Source: Opitutus sp. GAS368 (lineage in GTDB: Bacteria > Verrucomicrobiota > Verrucomicrobiia > Opitutales > Opitutaceae). From it: a stretch of DNA of 16,521 bases. A program made the position numbers and the translations under genes. The notes under the pieces were generated by a model. It was given only the letters and a program-made list of their open reading frames with translations, ran no database searches and had not been told where the DNA came from. The stretch spans positions 1 through 16,521 of the forward strand of contig CAMAVZ010000033.1 of NCBI GenBank assembly GCA_945861645.1, written 5' to 3'. Shown one piece after another: positions 1-7,713 of the stretch. The stretch's first letter is position 1, and every line of letters begins with the position of its first letter.

Positions 1-10
1 GAATGCCGGG

Positions 11-46
11 TTGACTTTACCTTGCGCGCACACTCCTTCGTTTATC
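11..46 (+). promoter_or_regulatory. Possible sigma70-type promoter for the efflux locus
   Basis: TTGACT at 11-16 is a 5/6 match to -35 and lies about 30 nt before the GTG at 47. There is no convincing -10 at 17-bp spacing (TCCTTC). Confidence 0.25.
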
Positions 47-451
47 GTGCAACGTCTGCAACGTATCATCGCTTTTGTCCTGTTTGCCCTGTGGCTGCCG
101 GCGACGCTGCACAGCGATTTGGAGGCCGCCGAAATCAATTATGTTTTCGGGGGGCACGATCACGCCTCGCTGGCGCGCCAGCACTCTGATTGTGCTCACG
201 ACCGCGCTGACGACGAGGTCCCGCACTCGACCGACGGCGTGAGCTATCGCCATGATTCCCAGAATCTCAAGGTGCCGCTGCCGGCCTTCGCTTTTCTCTA
301 CCCCGTCGGGGTCATCCCTCTTTTTGCGCCCATCGATCTGCCCGCAAAATTTATAGCTAAAACGGGGGCCGCCCCGCCCGAAGTGGCCCGCACTTGGCAC
401 TTCCTCCGCCGCGCCGCGCCTCCGCCGCGCGCGCCCTCGCTCGTAGTTTAA
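47..451 (+). CDS. Small His-rich leader protein upstream of the czcCA-like operon (CzcI/DUF2946-like architecture; candidate ribosome-arrest uORF)
   Basis: The in-frame GTG at 47 gives MQRLQRIIAFVLFALWLPATLHS, a basic then hydrophobic signal/TM segment. It is followed by a His/Cys/Asp-rich stretch (HDHASLARQHSDCAHD...PH...RH) and a Pro-rich C-terminus WHFLRRAAPPPRAPSLVV, with TAA at 449-451. The track start (TTG at 11) is less likely. Confidence 0.75.
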   Translation: MQRLQRIIAFVLFALWLPATLHSDLEAAEINYVFGGHDHASLARQHSDCAHDRADDEVPHSTDGVSYRHDSQNLKVPLPAFAFLYPVGVIPLFAPIDLPAKFIAKTGAAPPEVARTWHFLRRAAPPPRAPSLVV

Positions 452-541
452 CGCCCGAACCCCTCCGCGGGTTCGCCGTTATCTCCCCGTCTCCGGCGCG
501 TTCCTGCGTCGTTAGCCGGCTTCTAGTGCGTCCCAAACGCA
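450..541 (+). promoter_or_regulatory. Structured intergenic leader between the uORF and the TolC gene
   Basis: CGAACCC (456-462) pairs with GGGTTCG (469-475), flanked by AACG (450-453)/CGTT (477-480). Also CCGGC (493-497)/GCCGG (515-519) and TGCGT (527-531)/ACGCA (537-541). No U-tract follows, so this is not a classical intrinsic terminator. Confidence 0.4.
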
Positions 542-570
542 AGTACTCACCCACTGATTTTCTCCTTCCC

Positions 571-1884
571 ATGCACCCACGACTCACCTCCCGCCGTTCT
601 TCTGCCCCGGCACTCCTATTGCTCCTCTCAATCGCATTCGTTTGCCCCGCTCCATCGCGGGCCGCCGACCCGACGGTCAAACTCAACGCGCTCATCAGCG
701 AAGTGACGTCGCGTCACCCCGAACTCGCCTTCTACGAAGCTGAAATTGCCGCCGCCAAGGCCGGTGCCCGTAGCGCCGCCACGTGGGCCGACCCTGAACT
801 GTCCCTGTCCGCCGGTCACAAACGTGTCCGCGATTTCTCCGGCGCCCTGGCCGGTGAAGGCACGGCGTGGTCCGTCTCACTTACGCAGACCTTCGAGTGG
901 CCCGGTCGCCTCGCTATCCGCAAAGCGCTCGCCAACGGCCAGATTGCCCTCGCCGAACTGGGCCTCGCTCGTTTTCGCAACGCCCTCGAATCGCGCGCCC
1001 GCACGCTCGCCTATAGCTTGCACGCCGCCCACACCCGCGCCGCCACCGTGCGTGAAGTTGCCGACCGTTTCACCGCGCTCAAGGAAACATTCCTCGCCCG
1101 CGAACCCGCCGGCCTCACTTCGCTCCTTGAAACCCGCGTGATCGAAGCCGCTGAACTTTCCCTCCAACGCCGCGCCGCTGAGGCCGAACTCGCCCTCCAC
1201 GCTGCGCTCCTCGAACTCAACCAACTTCGTGGCGCTGCTATCGACGCTCCGCTCGTCCTCGCTGCGCCCGCCCTCACGTTTGGCGATGCTCCTGCCCCCG
1301 ACGCCCTCCTCACCGCCGCCCGCGAAAACAATTTTGATTTTCGTCAGAAACGCGCCGAGTTGGAACAACAAGGCTTCGCCGTCAGTCTGGCGCAAAATGA
1401 ACGCCGCCCTGTGATCAGCGTCAGTCCGTTCTTCTCCCAGGACAAAGCGGACACCCGCGAATCGGTCATCGGCCTCGGTCTCTCTATTCCGCTTGCCGTC
1501 TCCGGTCGCGCCCGCTCCACGGTTGATGTGGCCGAAGCGCGCCGCCGCCAAGCCGAGACCGCTGCGCTCGTCGCCCAGCGGGAGCTTGAGCGCGACGTGC
1601 TCACTTCCGCCCATGTGTTCGCCACCAAAATCGCCGAGATTCGTCGCTGGGCCCCCGACACCACCGGTAAATTCCGCGATGCCGCTGCGCTGGCCGACCG
1701 CCACTACCGCCTCGGGGCTGTGCCCATCGCCACTTACGTTGCGCTCCAGACGAGCTACCTCGACGCCATCGAAGCCCTGCTCGCCACCCAGCAAGAAGCG
1801 CTCGCCGCCGGCCTGCGCCTTCGCCAGCTCACCGGCCTCGATTTCACCGCGGTCTCCCTCGTCAACGCGACGCCCGCGCCATGA
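571..1884 (+). CDS. czcC: TolC-family outer membrane efflux protein (CzcC-like)
   Basis: ATG at 571 gives a signal peptide (MHPRLTSRRSSAPALLLLLSIAFVCPAPSRA). The body is Ala/Leu/Glu-rich and helical with OEP-repeat signatures (HPEL, DPELSL, LTQTFEWPGR, GLSIPL, YRLG). It has an ATGA overlap with the RND gene. Confidence 0.9.
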   Translation: MHPRLTSRRSSAPALLLLLSIAFVCPAPSRAADPTVKLNALISEVTSRHPELAFYEAEIAAAKAGARSAATWADPELSLSAGHKRVRDFSGALAGEGTAWSVSLTQTFEWPGRLAIRKALANGQIALAELGLARFRNALESRARTLAYSLHAAHTRAATVREVADRFTALKETFLAREPAGLTSLLETRVIEAAELSLQRRAAEAELALHAALLELNQLRGAAIDAPLVLAAPALTFGDAPAPDALLTAARENNFDFRQKRAELEQQGFAVSLAQNERRPVISVSPFFSQDKADTRESVIGLGLSIPLAVSGRARSTVDVAEARRRQAETAALVAQRELERDVLTSAHVFATKIAEIRRWAPDTTGKFRDAAALADRHYRLGAVPIATYVALQTSYLDAIEALLATQQEALAAGLRLRQLTGLDFTAVSLVNATPAP

Positions 1885-4800
1885 TTGACCGCATCCTCGA
1901 ATTTTCCCTGCGTCAGCGCGCCGTCGTCGCGCTCTTTGCGGTCGCTCTGCTCGGCGCCGGCCTCTGGTCCGCGCTGCATCTGCCGATCGACGCCGTGCCC
2001 GACATCACCGGCGTGCAGGTGCAGATCAACACGGAGGTCGCCGCCCTCGCCGCCGAAGAATCCGAAAAGCTCGTCACCCAGCCGCTCGAACTCGAACTCG
2101 CCGGCCTGCCCGGGGTCGAAGAGATGCGCTCGATCACGAAGTTCGGCCTCTCGCAAATCACGCTGCAATTCAAAGACAACGCCGACATCTACCGCGCGCG
2201 CCAGCTCGTCACCGAGCGCTTGCAAGGCGCGCTCGAACTCCTGCCCCCCGGTGTCCTCCCGAAACTCGCACCCATCAGCACGGGCCTTGGCGAGATTTTC
2301 TACTACAGCGTGAACTATCGTGCTGAAGCGAAGCAGAAACCCGCGACCGAAATTGAACAGCTTATCGTCTTGAGCGAACTCCAGGAATACGTCATCAAGC
2401 CGCTCCTCCGCACCGTCCCCGGCATCGCTGAGATCAACGGCACCGGCGGCTACCAGAAGCAATACGTCATCCAGCCGAAGCCCGCGGCGCTCGTCGAACG
2501 CAACCTCACCTTCAGCGAACTCGCGGCGCTCGTCACGCAGAACGTCGAGAACGCTGGCGGCGGCATCGTCAACCGCGGCGGCCAGCAGCTCACGATTCGC
2601 GCCGTCAGTCGCGTACAGACGGTCGAGGACATCGCGAATCTTCCCGTGAAATTCGGCGCGGGCGCGCAGCCGATTCTCCTCAAAGACGTGGCCGAGGTTA
2701 AGCTCGGCACCAAATTCCGCACCGGTGCCGCCACGCTCGACGGCCACGAAACCGTCATCGGTACCGTCATGATGCTCGCCGGCGAAAACAGCCGCGAGGT
2801 CGCGCTCCGCGTCAAGGCCCGCCTCGCCGAAATCCAGACCAAACTTCCCGCGGGCGTGGAAATTCAAACTCAATACGATCGCTCCTTCCTCATCGACCGC
2901 ACCATCGGCACCGTCGAAAAAAATCTCGTCGAAGGCGCCATCCTGGTTGTCATCGTGCTCCTGCTGCTGCTCGGCAATTGGCGGGCCGCCCTCATCATCG
3001 CGTGTGTGATCCCGCTTTCGTTTCTCTTTGCCCTCACCGGCATGAGATACTGGGGCATCTCTGGTAACCTCATGAGTCTCGGCGCCGTCGACTTCGGGCT
3101 CATTATCGACGGCGCGGTCGTCATTGTCGAAAATATCGTGCGCCAGCTCGGCGTGCGCCAGCACAAGCTCGGCCGTCCGCTCACCGCCGAGGAGCGTTCG
3201 CAGACCGTCCTCGCCGCCAGCAAACAGATTGGCCGCCCGATGTTCTTCGGCGTCCTCATCATCGCCGTTGTTTACCTTCCGATCCTCGCGCTCACCGGCA
3301 TCGAGGGGAAAATGTTTCATCCCATGGCGCTCACTGTGATGCTCGCCCTCGGCGGTGCCCTGGTCCTCGCGCTCACGCTCATACCCGCCCTCTGCGCGTG
3401 GCTGCTCCGCGGCAAAATCTCCGAAGATGACAACGTCATCATCCGCTGCGCGAAAAGTCTCTACGCCCCCACGCTCCACGTCGCGCTTCGCCTGCGCTGG
3501 TTGGTCGTCACCGCCGCCATCGCGCTCTTCGCCGGCTCGCTCTGGGTCTTCACCCACCTCGGCGCCGAATTCGTGCCGAAGCTCGACGAAGGGTCCATCA
3601 CCGCGATGCTCTACAAGCCCGTCGGCATGAGCCTGGAGGAATCCCTCCGCACCGACATCGAGGTCGAGAACCGCCTGCGCGCTGATTTTCCCGAACTCAC
3701 CCGCATCTTCTCCCGCATCGGCACGAGCGCCATCGCCTCCGATCCCATGCCGCCTAACGAAAGCGACGTTTACCTCTTCTACAAACCGCTTGCCGAATGG
3801 CCGAAGACCGCCGGCCGCCCCACCACCAAGGCCGAACTCTGTGTGCAGATCGAAGCCGCCTTGAAGAAAATCAATCCCGACTACGATCTGCTCTTCGCCC
3901 AGCCCATCGAAATGCGTTTCAACGAAATGCTCGAAGGCACCAAGGCCGAACTCGCCGTAAAAATCTTCGGTCCCGACTACGACGTCCTCGAACCGCTCGC
4001 CCAACAGGTCAAGGCCATCCTTGAAAAGACGCCGGGCGTTGCCCAGGTCGAATACGAGACCGACGGCCGCACCCCGCAGCTCCAGCTGCGCGTGAAGCGC
4101 GACGTGCTTCGCCGCCACAATCTCCAGGCCGCCGAGGTCAACCACGCCGTCAGCGCCGCGCTCGCCGGCGAGATCGTCGGCAGCATCGTCGAGGGCAACC
4201 GCCGCCACGACATCGTTGTCCGTATGCCCGAGGAACTCCGCGCCGATGACGCTGAGATAAAAAAACTCCCGCTCCGCGTCGGCGAGCACGGCCTGCTCCC
4301 GTTTGGCGCTGCCGTTGATTTCTCCACGCTGAAGACCGTTGAGCCCATCCAGCGCGACGGCGGTCAACGCCGCGCCGCGCTCATGGTCAACCTCGCCGTC
4401 CGCGACATCGAGGGCTACGTCCGCGCCGCCGAGAAAACCATCGCCGCCGAGGTGAAGTTCCCCGAGGGCTACATCGTCGAGTTCGGTGGGCAGTTCCAAA
4501 ATCTCCAGGAAGCCCGCGCCCGCCTCGCCGTCGTCGTCCCCTCGGCTCTCGCGCTCATCTTCGTGCTCATCTTTCTCGCCTTCGGCTCGGTGCGGCAGGC
4601 GCTGCTCGTTTATACCGGCATCCCGCTTGCCGTCACCGGCGGCGTGGCCGCTCTCTGGCTGCGCGCCATGCCCTTTAGTATCCCCGCCGCCATTGGCTTT
4701 ATCGCGCTGACCGGCGTCGCCGTGCTGAACGGCGTCGTCCTCGTCAGCTACTTCAATCAGCTCCGCGAGGCAGGCCGCACCCTGTACGACTCCGTCATTG

Positions 4801-5030
4801 AAGGCGCGCTCACCCGTCTCCGCCCTGTACTCATGACGGCTGCTGTTGCCAGTCTGGGCTTCGTCCCGATGGCGCTCGCCACGGGTGCCGGCGCCGAGGT
4901 GCAGCGGCCCCTCGCGACTGTCGTGATCGGCGGCATCATCAGTTCCACCCTCCTTACCCTCGGCGTGCTGCCTGTCCTCTACGCGTGGTTCGAAAAGGAA
5001 AAACCTGCCGACAACGCCGCCCAATCATAA
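1881..5030 (+). CDS. czcA: CusA/CzcA-family heavy-metal efflux RND permease (CzcA-like, probably divalent cations)
   Basis: 1049 aa. Motifs: LPIDAVPDIT, APISTGLGEI, TM4 GAVDFGLIIDGAVVIVENI, GIEGKMFHPMA, DPMPPNESD, GFIALTGVAVLNGVVLV, RLRPVLMTA, GAEVQRPLATVVIGG. Confidence 0.95.
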   Translation: MIDRILEFSLRQRAVVALFAVALLGAGLWSALHLPIDAVPDITGVQVQINTEVAALAAEESEKLVTQPLELELAGLPGVEEMRSITKFGLSQITLQFKDNADIYRARQLVTERLQGALELLPPGVLPKLAPISTGLGEIFYYSVNYRAEAKQKPATEIEQLIVLSELQEYVIKPLLRTVPGIAEINGTGGYQKQYVIQPKPAALVERNLTFSELAALVTQNVENAGGGIVNRGGQQLTIRAVSRVQTVEDIANLPVKFGAGAQPILLKDVAEVKLGTKFRTGAATLDGHETVIGTVMMLAGENSREVALRVKARLAEIQTKLPAGVEIQTQYDRSFLIDRTIGTVEKNLVEGAILVVIVLLLLLGNWRAALIIACVIPLSFLFALTGMRYWGISGNLMSLGAVDFGLIIDGAVVIVENIVRQLGVRQHKLGRPLTAEERSQTVLAASKQIGRPMFFGVLIIAVVYLPILALTGIEGKMFHPMALTVMLALGGALVLALTLIPALCAWLLRGKISEDDNVIIRCAKSLYAPTLHVALRLRWLVVTAAIALFAGSLWVFTHLGAEFVPKLDEGSITAMLYKPVGMSLEESLRTDIEVENRLRADFPELTRIFSRIGTSAIASDPMPPNESDVYLFYKPLAEWPKTAGRPTTKAELCVQIEAALKKINPDYDLLFAQPIEMRFNEMLEGTKAELAVKIFGPDYDVLEPLAQQVKAILEKTPGVAQVEYETDGRTPQLQLRVKRDVLRRHNLQAAEVNHAVSAALAGEIVGSIVEGNRRHDIVVRMPEELRADDAEIKKLPLRVGEHGLLPFGAAVDFSTLKTVEPIQRDGGQRRAALMVNLAVRDIEGYVRAAEKTIAAEVKFPEGYIVEFGGQFQNLQEARARLAVVVPSALALIFVLIFLAFGSVRQALLVYTGIPLAVTGGVAALWLRAMPFSIPAAIGFIALTGVAVLNGVVLVSYFNQLREAGRTLYDSVIEGALTRLRPVLMTAAVASLGFVPMALATGAGAEVQRPLATVVIGGIISSTLLTLGVLPVLYAWFEKEKPADNAAQS

Positions 5031-5210
5031 AACGCCTGCTGCTCATCCGCGCGCCGCTGGCGCTCGGCGAGTTGCTCGTTTTGCGACTAGATTGGCCCCT
5101 GTCGCTAGCCACGGAAGAATCTCCGCCCTGCGACTGCCCCAGCCGGAAAAACGCCGCTTAGGCGGGGACTTTACTTGCTCGGGAGCGGTGGACGAACTAG
5201 CGGTTGCGTA

Positions 5211-6494
5211 ATGCTGTTACCCATTGGTCCCGATGAGAAAAATCCTGCAGTGGTGATTCTCGTGGTCGAGAATCAGGCGGATGTGCGCAACAAAATCGTC
5301 ACCGACCTTGCCGGCCAATGGTCCCTGCGTCTGGCGGCGACGGCCGCGGAAGCGGAAATCGTCCTTGAGCAGGAGCCGGTGCAGCTGGTGCTGCTGGGCT
5401 TGCCCATGGGGAGTATTGAAGGGGGGCGCGTTCTGCAGAGCGTGAAAATGATCGACGAGCATATCGAAATTGTCGTGCTGGCCGCTTTTGAGGCTAAGGA
5501 ATCGGCGCGGCAGGCCATCCGCCGAGGCGCTTGCGATTATATTAGCAAGACCGCAGAGCCTAATATTCTTCGTGCAGCAGTCGCGCGGGCGGTACGGTTG
5601 CGCGATCTGTTTGATCGCGAAGCGAGCAATCATGCGCGGCTCTCCAATCTGACGCAGCAGCTCAACGACACCGTGATTCGTGGGGAAATTGCGCGTAATA
5701 ATAATCTCGGTTACGCGGGGGTCTTGCACGACATCGTCAATCCCTTGACGGTTGCCAGTGGATTTCTGGAGGCGATGCAAAAAACCATGGCGAATCAAAC
5801 GACGCTTACGGCGGAAATGCTGGAGCCGATGAAGCGTGAACTAGCGCTGATATCTAAGCAGATTTTTCTCTGCTGTAGTATCACCTCCCGCTACATGCGG
5901 ATATTGCGGCACCAGTATGACCAAGCGGGCGAGTGCTCAGTGAATCGGACGCTCAATGATCTGCAGGTGATCGTGGCGCATCATCGTGAGCTGAAGCCTA
6001 ACCCGCTGGAAATTTTAGAGCTGAAGGAAAACCACACCGTTTTAATTGGCTCCACGGATCTCCTGCCGGCTTTGCTCAACTTGACGGTCAACGCCGTGCA
6101 AAGCTCGGCGGCGGCTGAGCCGGTGGTCGTTTCGGCGGAGCCCATTCTGCTGCCGCCGGATCCCGCTACGTTACAGGATGGTCCGCAGGATATTTATTGG
6201 GGTCGCGCCACCTTCAATGCTTCGCCGCCGACGGTGGCGATCCGAGTGATTGATCGGGGGCGGGGGATGCCTGCTAATATTTTAGCCCAAATCTTTGAGC
6301 CGCATTTTTCGACCAAAGGAGAGAAAGGTAATGGGCTCGGCCTGCCCATCGTCGCGCGACTCGTGGAGGTGCATCACGCCCTCATGCACGTCCACACGGA
6401 GGTCGGCGTTGGCACGACGGTGACGCTCTACCTGCCGGCGCGCGTGCTGTCGCGGAGCGATTCCATGCAGCCCTTTGCGGTTCGGCCGGTCTAG
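5211..6494 (+). CDS. Soluble hybrid histidine kinase with N-terminal (pseudo-)receiver domain
   Basis: Receiver-like N-terminus (ILVVEN...LVLLGLPM...AIRRGACDYISK). H-box LHDIVNPLT, N-box LLNLTVNAVQ, G1 DRGRGM, F-box FEPHFSTK, G2 GNGLGL. No TM segments. The start is uncertain (ATG at 5211 or a slightly later GTG). Confidence 0.9.
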   Translation: MLLPIGPDEKNPAVVILVVENQADVRNKIVTDLAGQWSLRLAATAAEAEIVLEQEPVQLVLLGLPMGSIEGGRVLQSVKMIDEHIEIVVLAAFEAKESARQAIRRGACDYISKTAEPNILRAAVARAVRLRDLFDREASNHARLSNLTQQLNDTVIRGEIARNNNLGYAGVLHDIVNPLTVASGFLEAMQKTMANQTTLTAEMLEPMKRELALISKQIFLCCSITSRYMRILRHQYDQAGECSVNRTLNDLQVIVAHHRELKPNPLEILELKENHTVLIGSTDLLPALLNLTVNAVQSSAAAEPVVVSAEPILLPPDPATLQDGPQDIYWGRATFNASPPTVAIRVIDRGRGMPANILAQIFEPHFSTKGEKGNGLGLPIVARLVEVHHALMHVHTEVGVGTTVTLYLPARVLSRSDSMQPFAVRPV

Positions 6495-6674
6495 CCCGAT
6501 AGATTTAAGGGATGCCGATGGTGCGCGATCGGTCTGTGCTAAGCCTATTTTCGAGGAGATAAAAACATCGATGGGTGGCTCATAATTACGGCCGCGCGCT
6601 ATTTCGTTGAAACGTTAGTTAGGCGCGGTGGACCTGAGCTTGTCGGGCTTCGAAAAATTACTCAGTTTAAATTG

Positions 6675-6950
6675 ATGCCGGCCAAGCGAGCTTTTGTTTA
6701 CATTCTGCGGTGTGCTGATCGTACCTTTTATATCGGCACGGCCAAGGATGTGCCGCTGCGGTTGGCGGTGCATAACGCGGGGAAGGGAGCGAAATATACG
6801 CGGCCGCGTTTGCCGGTGCGGGTAGTTTGGCAGGAGGGACCGCTGAGTTTGACGCGTGCGCTGCAACGCGAATATCAGCTCAAGCAATTGACGCGGCCCA
6901 AGAAACAGGCGCTCATTCGGGGCCGACTCAAAATTCCGCGCCCGCGCTGA
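6675..6950 (+). CDS. Small standalone GIY-YIG nuclease family protein (YhbQ/UPF0213-like)
   Basis: FVYILRCADRTFYIG...RLAVHNAGKGAKYTRPRLPV...ALQREYQLKQLTRPKKQALI. ATG at 6675. Confidence 0.92.
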   Translation: MPAKRAFVYILRCADRTFYIGTAKDVPLRLAVHNAGKGAKYTRPRLPVRVVWQEGPLSLTRALQREYQLKQLTRPKKQALIRGRLKIPRPR

Positions 6951-6958
6951 TTTTCCTG

Positions 6959-7708
6959 ATGCTGCTCTTCCATAAAATTTTACCCCTGTTTTTTCTGCCG
7001 GTGGGTATCGTCCTGCTCCTGCTGTTGTTCGCCTGGTGGACCCAGCGGCGCTGGCCGGTGGGCGTGGCCTGCTTGCTCCTCTACGCGGGCAGTACGCCCT
7101 ATGTGGGTCATCGGCTCATCGGTTGGTTGGAGTCGCGTTATCCCGCCGTAGCCGTTGTCGACGTAGAATCAGCTGATGCCGTCGTGGTGCTCGGGGGTAT
7201 TCTGGGCGCGCCGGTTGCTTTGGGTTTTACGCCCAACTGGACTGAGACCGTCGAGCGTTTCGAAGCCGGCGTCGCCCTGGTTCAATCGGGGAAGGCGCGG
7301 CGGCTAGTGTTTACCGGGGCCCGAATTAAGTGGGAGGGCCGTGCGACTACGGAGGGCGAGGAGCTGCGGCAACTCGCACGGGTACGTGGCGTGGCGGCGG
7401 AAAAAATTTTAGTGACGCGCGAGATCGATAATACCGCTACGGAAGCCATCGCCGTGGCTGAGCTGATGCAGTCGCAGGGTTGGCGCCGGATTATTTTGGT
7501 GACCACGGGCTGGCACATGCCGCGCGCTGCTCATTTATTTGCTCGGGCGGGAGTTAATTGCCTGATTTTTCCGGTCGATTTCCGTTCTGATCGGAATCGG
7601 CTAGTGACCGTCATGGATTTTGTGCCAAAGGCGGAAGCTTGGCAATTAACCGAGACCGCCCTGCGCGAGTGCTACGGTTATGCGTTCTATGTTGTGACCG
7701 GCCGGTGA
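6959..7708 (+). CDS. YdcF/DUF218 family membrane protein (ElyC/SanA-like)
   Basis: ATG at 6959. Two N-terminal TM helices, LESRYP, VVVLGG, LVFTG, NTATEA, ILVTTGWHMPRA and C-terminal ALRECYG. Confidence 0.9.
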   Translation: MLLFHKILPLFFLPVGIVLLLLLFAWWTQRRWPVGVACLLLYAGSTPYVGHRLIGWLESRYPAVAVVDVESADAVVVLGGILGAPVALGFTPNWTETVERFEAGVALVQSGKARRLVFTGARIKWEGRATTEGEELRQLARVRGVAAEKILVTREIDNTATEAIAVAELMQSQGWRRIILVTTGWHMPRAAHLFARAGVNCLIFPVDFRSDRNRLVTVMDFVPKAEAWQLTETALRECYGYAFYVVTGR

Positions 7709-7713
7709 CGCTC

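Noticed and set aside
394-570. N-terminal extension of the TolC ORF from the track
   Set aside because: It overlaps the leader gene and the hairpins. The ATG at 571 gives a proper signal peptide.
877-1794. 305-aa antisense ORF opposite czcC, and the other short overlapping ORFs in the track
   Set aside because: These are shadow or alternate-frame ORFs of GC-rich genes (Arg/Ser/Pro/Ala-rich, no motifs) that fully overlap well-supported CDSs.
1755-5024. 1089-aa antisense ORF opposite czcA
   Set aside because: It is in codon register with czcA and stays open only because czcA avoids TTA, CTA and TCA codons (the first TCA is at 5025-5027). It has no recognisable motifs, so it is a shadow ORF.
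5154-5165. CCGC-TTAG-GCGG hairpin as the czcA terminator
   Set aside because: The stem is only 4 bp, lies about 120 nt from the stop and has a weak U-tract, so support is insufficient.
6570-6600. dif-like half site (GGCTCATAAT)
   Set aside because: There is no XerD arm (TTATGTTAAAT-like) at 6-bp spacing.
6591-6629. Possible integron attC site (GTTAGGC core at 6618-6624 within a hairpin)
   Set aside because: There is no matching RYYYAAC inverse core upstream, no second attC and no integrase.
6675-6950. GIY-YIG protein as a homing endonuclease, mobile element or defence system
   Set aside because: It is a 91-aa standalone YhbQ-like domain with no DNA-binding extension, intron, terminal repeats or partner genes.
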